From assembly GCA_000092065.1 (NCBI GenBank), contig CP000588.1: DNA of 64,000 nucleotides. The stretch is one strand, 5' to 3'. A model generated the notes under the pieces. The model was not told where the DNA came from. It did not search any database and saw nothing but the letters and a program-made list of their open reading frames with translations. Positions 1-10,216 of the stretch are shown here, piece by piece; position 1 is the stretch's first letter, and each line of letters begins with the position of its first letter. A program made the translations under genes and the position numbers. Source of the stretch: Ostreococcus lucimarinus. Lineage: Eukaryota.

Positions 1-586
1 CGCGGGCGCCGTCTTCGCCTTTGCCTCTGGTAACGCTTCGCGGAGCGCCGCGAGCGCGCCGAACGGCGATGCGCGCGGCGCCGTCGCCTCGCGTCCGCGC
101 TCGACGCGCGCGTCGTCGTCGTCCGCGTCCTCGTCTCCCCGCTCGCTCGCGCGCCCGCGTCGTTTCGCGCGCGCGACGTTTCGTCGTCGTCGTCGTCTTC
201 GTCGTTCGGTTTCCGGAACCACCGCGCGCGCCGTCGTCGCGGCGCGCGCCGTCGTCGTCGCGACGCCGAGGCGCGGCATGCCTTCCCTCGCGCGTCCGCC
301 GTCGCCCGCGTCGTTTCGCGCGCGCGCGTGCGGCGTCGAGCGTCGTCGTCGTCGTCGGTCCGGTCGTTACGCCGGTCGACGGTCGACACACGACGACGCG
401 CCGGCGCTCGATGCAGGCGACGACGACGCGCGCGCGGGCGACGCCGCGATGCGGACGATCGACGACCGGAGGACGCGCGCGCGTCGACGCGCGCGCGTCG
501 ACGCGACGCGACGGCGCGGCGCGCGCGGGGGCGACGGCGCGCGCGCGGGTGTTTTTGAGCGGGACGACGACGACGACGACGACGAC

Positions 587-629
587 GGATGGTGCGCGCG
601 CGAGGCGACGGATGGTGCGCGCGCGAGGG
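587..629. repeat. Imperfect 23-bp tandem duplication (ggatggtgcgcgcgcgagg x2); each copy carries an ATG in frame with the bestrophin-like ORF
   Basis: Direct reading: 587-605 and 611-629 are near-identical and separated by cgacg. Confidence 0.5.
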
Positions 630-1892
630 AAAATTTCGGAAGACGATCAAGATGAAGACGACGGCGACGAAGAAGCGGGCGCGGGCGGCGTGGAGGGGTG
701 GCACGGGGCGTACAAACTTTGGAAACCAAAACCGAGGGGGGGCGTCGCGGACGCGGAGGCGGCGAAGCGATTGAAAGTGCGAGAGCTGTTGCTCAGTCGC
801 GACCCGGGTTTGAACCAGACGTTGATATCGTCCGGAACGAGCATATCGCAGTTGTTCGATCAGGATAAGTGGGAGCGTCATCGCATGGTGGATCGATTCG
901 TGGTCGATTTGGTGTCGATTCCCCAGAGCACGGTGTTCTTGCGCTTGTTCAGACCGTGCGCGGTGCTGGCGGCGTACACCGCCGTGGTCGTGGCATTTCC
1001 GAGCGTGTTGAAGTACGCGTGCGCGTATTTCAATTTGGCGTTACCGTTTCCGAACTTTGCCATGCAGTCTTTGACGCTGCCGGCGTCGGCGCACTCGTTA
1101 CTGGGCACGCTGTGCGGTTTGGTACTCGTGTTCCGAACAAACTCTAGCTATGCCCGCTTCGTAGACGGACGCACGGCGTGGGGGTCGCTCATCAAGCACG
1201 CGCGTGATGTGGCGCGCTTGGCGATATACATTCCCGACAAGAATCTGCAGAGACGGTTGCTAGAACTGACAACGGCGTACGCGTACGTGCTGAAGACGCG
1301 TTTGAGAAGCGGACGCACTCGGTCCGATCCCACGGATCCCACGGCGTTCCGAGACATTCCCGACGAAGCCGTCCGTCGATGCGTCACCGACCCCGCGCTC
1401 GCGGATGAGGTCTTAGCTTCCGCGAAGACGGGAAATCGGTGCTTGTACACGCTCATGCTCATCTCGAAGACGCTCAAGCTGGCGCTCGAGAAGGGGGCGC
1501 CGAGAGAAATTCATTGGAAGATTGAAGAGGCCGTGAGCGGTATGGGCTTATCTGGAGGTATTTGCGAGCGCATTGTCGCCACGCCGATCCCCCTGAGCTT
1601 CTCGCGTCACTCGGCACGATCGCTCATCATTTGGCTCATCACGCTCCCGTTCGTGCTCGTCCCGAGCATGTCTTGGATGTCCGTGCCCACCATCTTCACC
1701 TTGGCCTATCTCATCCTAGGCATCGACGAGATCGGGATCCAAATCGAAGAACCGTTCGCCACCTTACCCCTCACGCCGCTGTGCGCCACGATCGAGCGCG
1801 ACATGTCCATCGTCATCGCCGATATCTTCGCGAGCGACGACGCCGATCGCGTCGCTCGCGACGTCGTCGCCGGCGACGTCGTCGCGCGGTGA
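612..1892 (+). CDS. Bestrophin-like / UPF0187 family membrane protein (plant VCCN1-like anion channel homologue)
   Basis: The C-terminal two-thirds of ORF 21..1892 carry the family motifs 'FDQDKWERHR' and 'RTNSSYARFVDGRTAWG' plus several TM helices. Upstream of 612 the same frame is Arg-rich and looks like non-coding GC-rich sequence. ATG 612 is in frame; the true 5' end (612 versus 589, or an upstream exon) is uncertain. Confidence 0.7.
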   Translation: MVRARGKISEDDQDEDDGDEEAGAGGVEGWHGAYKLWKPKPRGGVADAEAAKRLKVRELLLSRDPGLNQTLISSGTSISQLFDQDKWERHRMVDRFVVDLVSIPQSTVFLRLFRPCAVLAAYTAVVVAFPSVLKYACAYFNLALPFPNFAMQSLTLPASAHSLLGTLCGLVLVFRTNSSYARFVDGRTAWGSLIKHARDVARLAIYIPDKNLQRRLLELTTAYAYVLKTRLRSGRTRSDPTDPTAFRDIPDEAVRRCVTDPALADEVLASAKTGNRCLYTLMLISKTLKLALEKGAPREIHWKIEEAVSGMGLSGGICERIVATPIPLSFSRHSARSLIIWLITLPFVLVPSMSWMSVPTIFTLAYLILGIDEIGIQIEEPFATLPLTPLCATIERDMSIVIADIFASDDADRVARDVVAGDVVAR

Positions 1893-2095
1893 CGCACCAC
1901 GCGTCCGTTCGCATCGCGCGCGCGCGCGTGTAACACAGTTTCGAGCGCATCACACCGTTTCGACCACCCCCCGCGCGCGTCGTCGTCTCCCTGATCCTTT
2001 TTCTTCCCGTCGGTTCGCGAATCCCGGCACCCCTCTTGAAACGGATTCCCCGAAAATCCACCGCGCCTCCACATCGCGTCGCGCTCGTCGACTCG

Positions 2096-5000
2096 ATGTC
2101 GCACCTCGAGCGCGCGCACGACGCGCGCGCGACCGCAGACACCGACGACGGCCGACGCGCGTCCTCTGATCCGAGTCCGTCGACGCAGAGCGCGTGGAAA
2201 CGCACCATCGCGTCGTGCGAGGTGCGATTTCCGTTGACGCCGTACAAGTCGCAGGTGCAAGTGATGAGCGCGGTCGTTCGAGCGGCGCGCCGAGGAACGT
2301 GCGCGCTCGTGGAGTCGCCGACGGGGAGCGGGAAGACGCTCGCGCTGCTGTGCGCGGCGCTGGCGTGGAGCGAGAGCGAGAGCGAACGCAGGGAAGACGT
2401 GGGCGTGGACGACGACGAAGACGGGGAGGAGGACGAAGCGCGCAAACGCGAGACGAAGAGAATCGGAAACGGTAAACCACCAAAGATTTATTACGCCACG
2501 CGCACGCACGCGCAGATCGCACAAATAGTCGGTGAATTGTCGAGGACGGCGTATAAGCCGCACACCGTGGTGTTGGCGTCGAGGGAGCATTATTGCGTGA
2601 ATAAGAGCGCGAGAAAGGGCGGAGACGTCAACGCGGAGTGTCGAAGGTTGATGGATGCCGGCGCCGCGGGTGGGGACGGGAAAGGGTGTTTTTATAGCGG
2701 ACAAGGGGCGAGTAAGTTGGCGTCGTTGGCGAAAAACCATCCCGACGCGCTGGATATCGAGGATTTGGTGAAGATGGGGACGTCGAAGAAGGGATGCCCG
2801 TACTTTGCGTCGAAAATCATGGCGGAGAGCGCGGAATTAATTTTCTGCCCGTACAACTATCTCTTGGATCCGCGCACGCGTTCGGCCATGGACATCGATA
2901 TCGAAGGTTCACTCATCATTTTCGATGAGGCGCACAACATCGAGGACACCGCGCGCGAGGCGGCGAGTGAGGAAATAATTTTAGACGACGTCGCGAACGC
3001 CATCGATCGTCTGAGCGAGATGCGGCGGCGCGCGACGGCAAACGTGAGCGAGTGCGAATTGGTGTTGAGGAGCATGAAGGGCGTTTACGATTGGTTCATT
3101 GGATTTTGCGACGAAAAAAGCCCAAGTTACGGTCTGAAGCAAGCGCAAGAAGCGTTATCGGCGATGGTTCGAGGGGAGCAGATTTTACAAACGTTGGCGG
3201 AAGCCGGGCTGACTGAAGAGAGCGTTTTAGAAGTCATGCGAGCGCTCGGCGTCATCACCAAGTATAATCAAGAGAACAAAGATCCGAAAGAGCGCGTCGC
3301 GGGCAGCGTTTTCAACACCTGTGAAAAAGTGCTGAATCCTATCAAGTTTTTGCTCTCGCGAGGCGAAGTCACCGCGCGCGATTACAAAATCGTCTTCACA
3401 AAGACGCGCGAAAGCGATCGAGTCGTTTCGACGCAACGAGTGAACTCTGAATTGAATAGATTACCCGTGGAAGAACTGGTGAAGATTAACTTTTGGGCAC
3501 TGAATCCAGCGCTGGCTTTCAGAGAGCTCGTGAGCGAAAACGGCGGCGCGCGTTCAGTCGTGCTCACGTCTGGTACTCTCGCGCCGCTCAATTCGTTCGC
3601 GAGCGAGCTCGGCGTACCGTTTCCCATCCGCATGGAAGCCCCGCACTGCGTGGATATGGATCGTCAGGTCTGGGGCGGCATCGTCGCCGCCGGTCCGAGC
3701 AACATAGCTTTGAATGCCGGTTACAAGTCTCGCGGCGATACTAGTTTTCAAGACGAACTCGGCGCGTGTTTGCGAGACGTCGCGAAAGTCACCCCTCACG
3801 GCTTGCTCATGTTCTTCCCATCGTACAGTCTTTTGGAAACCATCGTTCGACGATGGCGCGAAACGGGACTGCTGCGCGCGATAGAGCAGGCGAGCGGCAA
3901 GAAGATTTTTCAAGAACCGGGTAAATCATGCTCGTACGGTAAAAAACCGGTGACGCTTGAGACGGTGTTGGAAAAGTACTATTCCGCGGTGGCGACGAGC
4001 GTCAAGGCAGCAAAACATCCGTACGCTCCGGCTCCAGCGAACGCCAAATGTCGAGGTGCCATTCTCTTCGCCGTGTGTAGAGGCAAGATTAGTGAAGGTA
4101 TTGACTTCGCCGACGCTAACGCGCGGGCGGTGATCTGTGTTGGGATTCCGTATCCAAACATCAAAGACGCGCTCGTCGCGGCGAAGCGAAGTTACAACGA
4201 AGAAGGAGCGCATCGAGGTTTGCTGAGTGGCTCGAAATGGTACGATCAGCAGGCTTTTCGGGCGCTCAATCAAGCCGTCGGTCGATGCCTGCGGCATCGT
4301 CACGATCACGGCGCAATCATGCTCGTCGATTCGCGTTTCAACAACAGCAACATCCAGGCGCTGCCGAAATGGTTACGTCCCGCCATGCAGAAGAGCGCGT
4401 CTCGCTTTGGCGACCAAGTGAAAAGCTTGGAAAATTTCTTCGTTTCGCACGCCGAGAATCCACCGAGCGATGACGCTCCAGCGAGCAAGACAGGCGACCA
4501 ACGGAAGAATAGCAAACGAGCGAGAGTGTCCATCGTCGCGACGTCTCCTCGAAAGGCGATGCGTAATACGCCAATCACGAGCTTCTTTCAAAAGGCGTCG
4601 ACGAGCAACGCGACTCATTCAGATCCTCTCATGCGCGACATCGAGCAGCCATCGAAAAAGACAAAGGATGACCAAATCGGTGACTACGAGGCGCCAGTGT
4701 TCACGGACGACGACGAGCTTGACGTCGACATTGACGCGCTCATGGCGGACAACCATGAGTTATCGCCAGAGGCGAATGTCGCGCAAGTTCTCGACGGTGT
4801 CGAGTGGGAGGATTGGGAAGACGACGACGATCTAATGGCGCAAGCCGTGCAAGCGACACAAACCGCGCACACGATGAGTAAGGTAGAGAGCACGACACCG
4901 ACTGAACAAGTCCTGGATGTCGTCTCGCCTCTCAAGCAACGCGCGAAGAAAGTCTGCGGCGACGACTCCGTCTGCGCCAAGTGTGGAAACACTCGCTATT

Positions 5001-5299
5001 CGCAGATTGACACCGAAAATGATGATCGAATCGCGCTTCAATCTCAATATTTGGATTGTGTTCTGCAAACCAAGGCGAATGACATCCATGAATTCGCCGT
5101 GGTCGAGATGCGCGGCGGTTGTTGCGCCTCGCCGCCGTCGGAGACGGTTGAATTCGACCGCGACTTGCGCGTCGCCTTCAGTCGAGTGAACTCCTGCGAT
5201 GGCGATCGATTGATCGGATTACGAGTGGAAGCAACGAATGCGATGTATGCACACTTGTGCGATCGCGTCTTGCTCCGGCAACACGACGCCCGCGCGTAG
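2096..5299 (+). CDS. Rad3/XPD-family Fe-S DNA helicase (FANCJ/BRIP1- or RTEL1-like, DEAH box)
   Basis: Walker A 'ESPTGSGKTLALLCAAL'; DEAH 'IIFDEAHNIED'; Fe-S cysteines (HYCVN...C...GCFY...KKGCPYFASK); C-terminal helicase motifs 'VVLTSGTL', 'VGRCLRHRHDHGAIMLVD'. The track start at 2036 is TTG; the first in-frame ATG is at 2096. Confidence 0.85.
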   Translation: MSHLERAHDARATADTDDGRRASSDPSPSTQSAWKRTIASCEVRFPLTPYKSQVQVMSAVVRAARRGTCALVESPTGSGKTLALLCAALAWSESESERREDVGVDDDEDGEEDEARKRETKRIGNGKPPKIYYATRTHAQIAQIVGELSRTAYKPHTVVLASREHYCVNKSARKGGDVNAECRRLMDAGAAGGDGKGCFYSGQGASKLASLAKNHPDALDIEDLVKMGTSKKGCPYFASKIMAESAELIFCPYNYLLDPRTRSAMDIDIEGSLIIFDEAHNIEDTAREAASEEIILDDVANAIDRLSEMRRRATANVSECELVLRSMKGVYDWFIGFCDEKSPSYGLKQAQEALSAMVRGEQILQTLAEAGLTEESVLEVMRALGVITKYNQENKDPKERVAGSVFNTCEKVLNPIKFLLSRGEVTARDYKIVFTKTRESDRVVSTQRVNSELNRLPVEELVKINFWALNPALAFRELVSENGGARSVVLTSGTLAPLNSFASELGVPFPIRMEAPHCVDMDRQVWGGIVAAGPSNIALNAGYKSRGDTSFQDELGACLRDVAKVTPHGLLMFFPSYSLLETIVRRWRETGLLRAIEQASGKKIFQEPGKSCSYGKKPVTLETVLEKYYSAVATSVKAAKHPYAPAPANAKCRGAILFAVCRGKISEGIDFADANARAVICVGIPYPNIKDALVAAKRSYNEEGAHRGLLSGSKWYDQQAFRALNQAVGRCLRHRHDHGAIMLVDSRFNNSNIQALPKWLRPAMQKSASRFGDQVKSLENFFVSHAENPPSDDAPASKTGDQRKNSKRARVSIVATSPRKAMRNTPITSFFQKASTSNATHSDPLMRDIEQPSKKTKDDQIGDYEAPVFTDDDELDVDIDALMADNHELSPEANVAQVLDGVEWEDWEDDDDLMAQAVQATQTAHTMSKVESTTPTEQVLDVVSPLKQRAKKVCGDDSVCAKCGNTRYSQIDTENDDRIALQSQYLDCVLQTKANDIHEFAVVEMRGGCCASPPSETVEFDRDLRVAFSRVNSCDGDRLIGLRVEATNAMYAHLCDRVLLRQHDARA

Positions 5300-5810
5300 G
5301 ATAGATGACGTGATGTGTGATTCCAAAAAAGCCTCCACGAAACTCGGCACCACCCGGCGCGTCACAATTCGACGCACGACGCGCACGGCACCCCGTTCGC
5401 CGACGCCGCGAAGAACGCAAGCCGACGACACGCACGCGCGACACGTCTCCATGACCGCCACCACCCGCACCGCCCGCGCCGCGACGCCTAAAGTCGAGGA
5501 GAAAGTCGCGACGACGCGCAAAGTCGTCATTTCCGAGAAGGATGCCGAGACGACGACGACGACGGATGTCACGGCGACGACACCGGTCACGCCCGCGGTC
5601 GCGGTCGAGGACAGCGCGGTGAAGATCTCACGCGCGACGTCTCAAGAGCCCGAAGACGTCGAGGCGGAGATCGAACCGAACGCGAAACGCACCAAGGTTG
5701 ACTCGAGCGCGCAAAACGATTCCGATTTCGAATCGCCGGAGGACGCCGGCGCGTTCGTCGATTCCCAGGAAGACGGTGATTGGCAGCCCGAAGGGTCGGC
5801 GTCGGAGTGA
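5238..5810 (+). CDS. Hypothetical acidic, Thr/Ala-rich low-complexity ORF (or an alternative 3' exon of the upstream helicase)
   Basis: ATG-initiated 190-aa ORF overlapping the last 60 nt of the helicase ORF in another frame. Composition is acidic/TTTT, not the Arg-rich wrong-frame pattern, and there are no recognisable domains. Confidence 0.25.
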   Translation: MRCMHTCAIASCSGNTTPARRIDDVMCDSKKASTKLGTTRRVTIRRTTRTAPRSPTPRRTQADDTHARHVSMTATTRTARAATPKVEEKVATTRKVVISEKDAETTTTTDVTATTPVTPAVAVEDSAVKISRATSQEPEDVEAEIEPNAKRTKVDSSAQNDSDFESPEDAGAFVDSQEDGDWQPEGSASE

Positions 5811-6003
5811 TGAAATGTGATACACGTTGTTTGAATGATCTCGAGTTCGCACGCGCGGTGACGTTCGCGCGTCTTCGATGGCCAGCGGCGAAATGTTTGA
5901 TTGGTATCGTCGATCGCGCGAAGCGCCGATGTGAATTCTCGCCGCACGAATGATTTTATGAATAACTCTATGTACTATGCGATGCTTCACGCGCGCGCGT
6001 CGA

Positions 6004-7005
6004 CTATTTCGCCTTGGCGTGCGACGACGTCACGCGTAAGGCGACGTCGATGTATCTATCGACCGTTCGCGTCAACGCGAAGATGCCACCCATCGTCGCC
6101 AACGTCTTGGTGAGAAAATACACGATGCTCTTCGAAGTCACCGTTATGTTCACGGCGATGGCGGATAAGTCGTAAATAAAGAACAACTGCGGCAACGCAC
6201 CCCAATGTGGAGTTTCGATGAAATGTTCCGTGACGCTGTATTGATTCGTTCGCGTGCGCACGGTCCAAGGTATGAAACCGAAGAGCGCTCGCGTCGAAGA
6301 GTACGTCGTCGGCACGACTTTCATAAAGTACTTGTAAATCCCGCTCTTCGTCTCCATCCGCCGCACTCCGTTCATCGGATTCACCGCCCCCGGAAACTCG
6401 GCCCCGAAAGTGAACGTTTTCACCGCGTGCCGCATGTCGATCTCCCACGGTTCGTCGTAAATCTCTTTCAAAAACTCATAACTCTCCGGCCCCGTCGACG
6501 CGCGCAGCGTCCCCGCCACGCGCCGCGCCTCCAATTCCCCGTGCAATCGGCACCCCTCCACGTCCGCCTTCGCCTCCCGCACCTCGTGCGCGTGTTCGGG
6601 TCGTCGCTGAAACAACACCAATCCTCCTAAATCCACCCCTCCCGCGCTCTCGTACTCCCCGATCGCGCGTCCGCTCGCGTCCAACCGCGTCTTGAGCAAC
6701 AGTCCTCGCGCGTCCACCTCGTGTTTCCCGCTCTCATCGTACGCGTCCACGTACAGCAACTGGCACGGCATTCGCGGGAACGTCACGTCTATCTCTATTC
6801 GCAGCGTCGCGTTCCTCGCGTCGTCCACGCCGTGCGTCTTCGCGCGCGTCGGCGTGAGAAAATCTGTTATCTCAACCAGCGCGAGCGCGCACGCGAGGAC
6901 GACGCCGACGACGGAGACGCACGCGCCCGCGCGCGTTCGCTTCGTCAGGTGCGGCGCCGCGCGCGCGAACGCGTCGACGCGCGCGACCGCGGGGAACCAT
7001 CGCAT
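6004..7005 (-). CDS. ERGIC/Erv41-Erv46 family ER-Golgi vesicle transport protein (ERGIC2/3-like)
   Basis: N-terminal 'MRWFPAVARVDAF' (family LDAFPK-type start), a TM helix, a luminal ERGIC_N/COPII-coated ERV domain and a C-terminal TM helix. ATG at 7005 chosen over the upstream ATG at 7062. Confidence 0.8.
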   Translation of the reverse strand: MRWFPAVARVDAFARAAPHLTKRTRAGACVSVVGVVLACALALVEITDFLTPTRAKTHGVDDARNATLRIEIDVTFPRMPCQLLYVDAYDESGKHEVDARGLLLKTRLDASGRAIGEYESAGGVDLGGLVLFQRRPEHAHEVREAKADVEGCRLHGELEARRVAGTLRASTGPESYEFLKEIYDEPWEIDMRHAVKTFTFGAEFPGAVNPMNGVRRMETKSGIYKYFMKVVPTTYSSTRALFGFIPWTVRTRTNQYSVTEHFIETPHWGALPQLFFIYDLSAIAVNITVTSKSIVYFLTKTLATMGGIFALTRTVDRYIDVALRVTSSHAKAK

Positions 7006-7060
7006 CGCGGCGTCGCGACGTGACGACAGACCGACGGACCGACCCAGCCATCCATCATGC

Positions 7061-7118
7061 ATTCATTCATTCATTCATTCATTCGCATCGATCGATCGCG
7101 CCGATCGATCGATCGATC
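7061..7118. repeat. Compound microsatellite (ATTC)6 followed by a (CGAT)n-like tract, in the ERGIC/SDR bidirectional promoter
   Basis: Direct reading: attcattcattcattcattcattc then gcatcgatcgatcgcgccgatcgatcgatcgatcc. Confidence 0.9.
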
Positions 7119-7283
7119 CGCAGTCGTCGACGCGTCGCGCGGTCGATGCTCGCGTCGCTCGCGTCGCGCGCCGCGCCGTCGCGTCTCGCGATTCCGTCGC
7201 GCGCCGCGCGAACGCGCGCGTCGACCGCGCCCGCGCGACGTCCGCGCGCGCGTTCGCGATTTCGATTCCGACGCGTCGTCGCC

Positions 7284-8144
7284 ATGGCGTCGTCGCCGTT
7301 CGCGTCGGACGCGCCGCCCGAGGGGTACGCGATGGCGGATCAGGTGAAACGATTCGCGAAGGCGAAGGCGGAGTGCGTCGAGCGCGTGATGAACATCGAC
7401 GCGGTGTACGACGGGACGTACCTGGCGGGGAAGCGCGTGCTCGTGACGGGGGCGAATCGCGGCGTCGGGCTGGCGCTGTGCGAGGAGCTGACGCGGCGAG
7501 GCGCGGAGGTGGTGGCGACGTGTCGAAGGACGAGCGAGGCGCTGATGGCGCTGAAACCGAAGGAGGTGATCGAGGACGTGGACGTGACGGACGCGGCGAG
7601 CTGCGAACGCATGGCGAAGGCGGTGGGCGGGACGCTGGACATCGTCGTCAACAACGCGGGATACTTTTACGAACCCGTGGAGAAGGTGACGGATGGGTCG
7701 ATGGCGTTCGACGAGGAGTTGAAGATGATCGATATCTGCGCCGTCGGACCGCTGCGCGTGTCGAACGCGCTGTATAACGCGGGTAAGATCACCAAGGGCG
7801 GGAAGATCGCCATGGTGACCTCGCAAGGAGGGTCGGTGACGTGGCGAGAGGTGCAAAATCCGAGCGGCGGCGACTACGGGCATCACATGTCGAAAGCCGC
7901 CGCGAACATGGGGGCGAAATTGTTGGCGCAAGAGCTCAAGCACGAGGGGATCATGGTGCAAGTGCTCCACCCGGGGTTCAACAAGACGGACATGACGGCC
8001 AAGTACGCAAAGATTTGGGAAGTCGAAGGCGCGGTCGATCCCGCCGTCGGCGCCAAGCGCGTGCTGCACGAAATCAGCTTGATGACGCCGGAACACAACG
8101 GCATGTTCATCAACTGCGAGGACGGCTTACAAATCCCGTGGTGA
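7284..8144 (+). CDS. Short-chain dehydrogenase/reductase (SDR, C-factor-like)
   Basis: Rossmann 'VLVTGANRGVGLA'; catalytic 'YGHHMSKAA' (YxxxK); 'NNAG' motif. The first 88 codons of ORF 7020..8144 are Arg-rich non-coding-like; ATG at 7284. Confidence 0.85.
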   Translation: MASSPFASDAPPEGYAMADQVKRFAKAKAECVERVMNIDAVYDGTYLAGKRVLVTGANRGVGLALCEELTRRGAEVVATCRRTSEALMALKPKEVIEDVDVTDAASCERMAKAVGGTLDIVVNNAGYFYEPVEKVTDGSMAFDEELKMIDICAVGPLRVSNALYNAGKITKGGKIAMVTSQGGSVTWREVQNPSGGDYGHHMSKAAANMGAKLLAQELKHEGIMVQVLHPGFNKTDMTAKYAKIWEVEGAVDPAVGAKRVLHEISLMTPEHNGMFINCEDGLQIPW

Positions 8145-8252
8145 GCGAGCGCGACGTAACATTCATCAATTCTTCTCCTCCTTCTTTTAATTACAACAAT
8201 GATTTCCTGACTAATAATACATCTCTCTCGACACCGGCGCGGCGTTAGTCGG

Positions 8253-9104
8253 TTAGAACTCGGGTTGTTCGCCCAAGCGATGACACGGCGCGTCGCGGGT
8301 TCCACATCCCTTCGCACACGAGTTATAACACGGCGCCGCGAATGCGGCGTCATTTATGTCCGGCTTTACACCGAATGTCATCACGCAACTCCCATCTTCG
8401 TGATTCGGATCGAGCCGAGCGTCGACGCCGAACGCTTCCTTGAAGAAGCGCTGCGTCGGAATTTTGCAAAAGTTCGCGCAACTCGCTGAACACCCACTTT
8501 GCTCTAAATATCGGCACTTACGCAGCTTCACTTGCGCCATGACCCCATCGCTTTCCCTCGGCATCACTTCGCACGGTCCCACGAGCCAGGCGAAGGCCTC
8601 GCGAGTGATGTACGCGTTCATCTCGTCCACCCACGGCGCCGGCTTTATCATTTTTTTAAACAAAAACCGCACAGGTGCGGGTATGATGGACAAAAGCGCT
8701 CGCGTCACCGCCGCGCGCTGTTCGACCACCGTTCGTCCGTCCGCCAGCGCGTCCGCGAGCGCGACGAGCCGCTCGAATCCGCGCTTCTCGTTCGCGCTCG
8801 CGCTCGCCTCCTCGCCCACCACCGCCGCGAGCTTTGCGTTAAACAACGAGATCGCCAACGCGTCCAGCGCCCCGTCCGCGTACGTCGTGCTTCGGGGATC
8901 GATGACGCCATCTTTATTCGTCGTCGCGCTCGGCGAATACGTCGCGCTCGAGCCTCTGCCGATGCCGAACCGCACGACTTCCACTTCCGTCGAACCGGTG
9001 CTGTCGGACGACGCGCGCGGCCGCGCGTGCCGCGCGTGTCGCGACGAGGGCGACGCGAATCGCGTCGCGCGCGTGTAGTGTGCGCGGACGTCGCGCGCGA
9101 GCAT
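8253..9104 (-). CDS. DWARF27-like beta-carotene isomerase family protein (DUF4033), plastid-targeted
   Basis: 'KCRYLEQSGCSASCANFCKIPTQRFFKEAFGVDARLDPNHEDGSCVMTFGVKP' matches the D27 family core. Ser/Arg-rich N-terminus looks like a transit peptide. ATG at 9104. Confidence 0.8.
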   Translation of the reverse strand: MLARDVRAHYTRATRFASPSSRHARHARPRASSDSTGSTEVEVVRFGIGRGSSATYSPSATTNKDGVIDPRSTTYADGALDALAISLFNAKLAAVVGEEASASANEKRGFERLVALADALADGRTVVEQRAAVTRALLSIIPAPVRFLFKKMIKPAPWVDEMNAYITREAFAWLVGPCEVMPRESDGVMAQVKLRKCRYLEQSGCSASCANFCKIPTQRFFKEAFGVDARLDPNHEDGSCVMTFGVKPDINDAAFAAPCYNSCAKGCGTRDAPCHRLGEQPEF

Positions 9105-9221
9105 GAGGACGCGCGCGCGAGTGAAGCAGCCGCCGACGAACGCTGTTACAACAGTCGCGCGAGCGCGCGAAACGCGAGCGAAAATAACGCTCGCTCGCTC
9201 GCTCGCGCGGAATACATACGA

Positions 9222-9755
9222 CTAAGTAATGACGCAGCAACAACTCGGGGCGTCGTCCCTCGCTCTCGGATGTCGCACGTCGTCATCAGAACTATCGCTA
9301 TCGTCCTCGTACTCGTACAATCCCGCGTTCGCGCCCGCGCCCTGGCTCGGCAAACGCGCAAACATCCCACCTTCCCCTTCCTCGCTCTCGCTCGGCGTGT
9401 ACTCAATCGTCATCTCCAACGGCCGTTTACGCCGATTTTCATCCCTTCCGCTCGTCGACGGGTCGTTTCGCTCCTCTTCGTCGCGCGGCGCGTCCTCGCT
9501 CGCCTCGTCCTGCCATCGAATGTGCGCCACCCGATCGCGACGCCGCCTTCCCGTCGACGATCGCCGCGCCCCATCGCTCGCCACTTCACTCGTCGTCGCT
9601 TCCGTCGTCGGCATCGTCGTCATCTCCACCGCCGTCGCTTTCGTCGACGTCGTTTTCACGAATCGCGTCTTCACCGCGGACAATCCGCGTCGCGCATTCT
9701 TTTCGTTCGTCGCGGTGTTCGCGCGCGCGATCGAGTCTCGCGAGCGCAGCCCCAT
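9222..9755 (-). CDS. Hypothetical acidic low-complexity protein ending in a CaaX-type box (…SCCCVIT*)
   Basis: ATG-initiated 177-aa ORF, D/E/S-rich (e.g. 'EYEDDSDSSDDD'); its antisense frame is Ser/Leu-rich as expected for the non-coding strand. The terminal Cys-aliphatic-aliphatic-Thr fits a prenylation motif, with adjacent Cys residues. Confidence 0.4.
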   Translation of the reverse strand: MGLRSRDSIARANTATNEKNARRGLSAVKTRFVKTTSTKATAVEMTTMPTTEATTSEVASDGARRSSTGRRRRDRVAHIRWQDEASEDAPRDEEERNDPSTSGRDENRRKRPLEMTIEYTPSESEEGEGGMFARLPSQGAGANAGLYEYEDDSDSSDDDVRHPRARDDAPSCCCVIT

Positions 9756-9901
9756 TCCAGGCGTTACCGCGCGCGTTTCCGCGCGTCTCGACGGACGCGC
9801 GCGGCGGTGTGGCGACGCGACCGCGCGACGACCGCGCGACGCGTCGAATCGAATCGACGCGCGCCGCGCGCGGCAGAGCGCGTCGCGACGCGCGACGCGC
9901 G

Positions 9902-10216
9902 ATGCCGCCGCGCCTCGACGCGAACGCGCTCGCGACGCTCGCGCGGTGCGCTCGTTCGCGCGCGCGACGCGTCAAGGCGCGATTCGACGCGCGTTTCGCG
10001 GTCGACGAGCGGGACGTCGACGGCGTCGTGCGCGAGGTGTTTCCGGGACCGTTGCTCGCGTGGCCGCCCAAGGAGGGCGTGGACGTCGAGCGCGCGCGCG
10101 CGGAAGTGAGGCGGGGGGAAGTCGACGCGCGCGCGGCGCTGGAGGCGTGGACGCGACGGACGGGAGGGCGCGCGAGGGACGGGACGGAACCGTCGCGGGA
10201 CGAGCGCGACTGGTAG
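9902..10216 (+). CDS. Hypothetical small protein (105 aa)
   Basis: ATG-initiated ORF with mixed composition ('VREVFPGPLLAWPPKEG'); its antisense frame is Ser/Arg/Ala-rich. Divergent from the 9222..9755 ORF. No domain recognised. Confidence 0.3.
   Translation: MPPRLDANALATLARCARSRARRVKARFDARFAVDERDVDGVVREVFPGPLLAWPPKEGVDVERARAEVRRGEVDARAALEAWTRRTGGRARDGTEPSRDERDW

Noticed and set aside
21-611. Long Arg/Ala/Pro-rich ORFs, including 21..611 of ORF 21..1892, 8532..10109, 9229..10233, 6692..7777, 7071..8096, 26159..27454, 37254..38306, 37763..39079, 40301..41521, 41426..42361, 46592..47371, 47530..48681, 57723..58502 and 61021..63210
   Set aside because: Their composition (RRRR, ARAR, low complexity) is what out-of-frame or antisense reading of about 70% GC DNA produces. 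Most overlap better-supported genes on the other strand or frame, and they have no recognisable domains.
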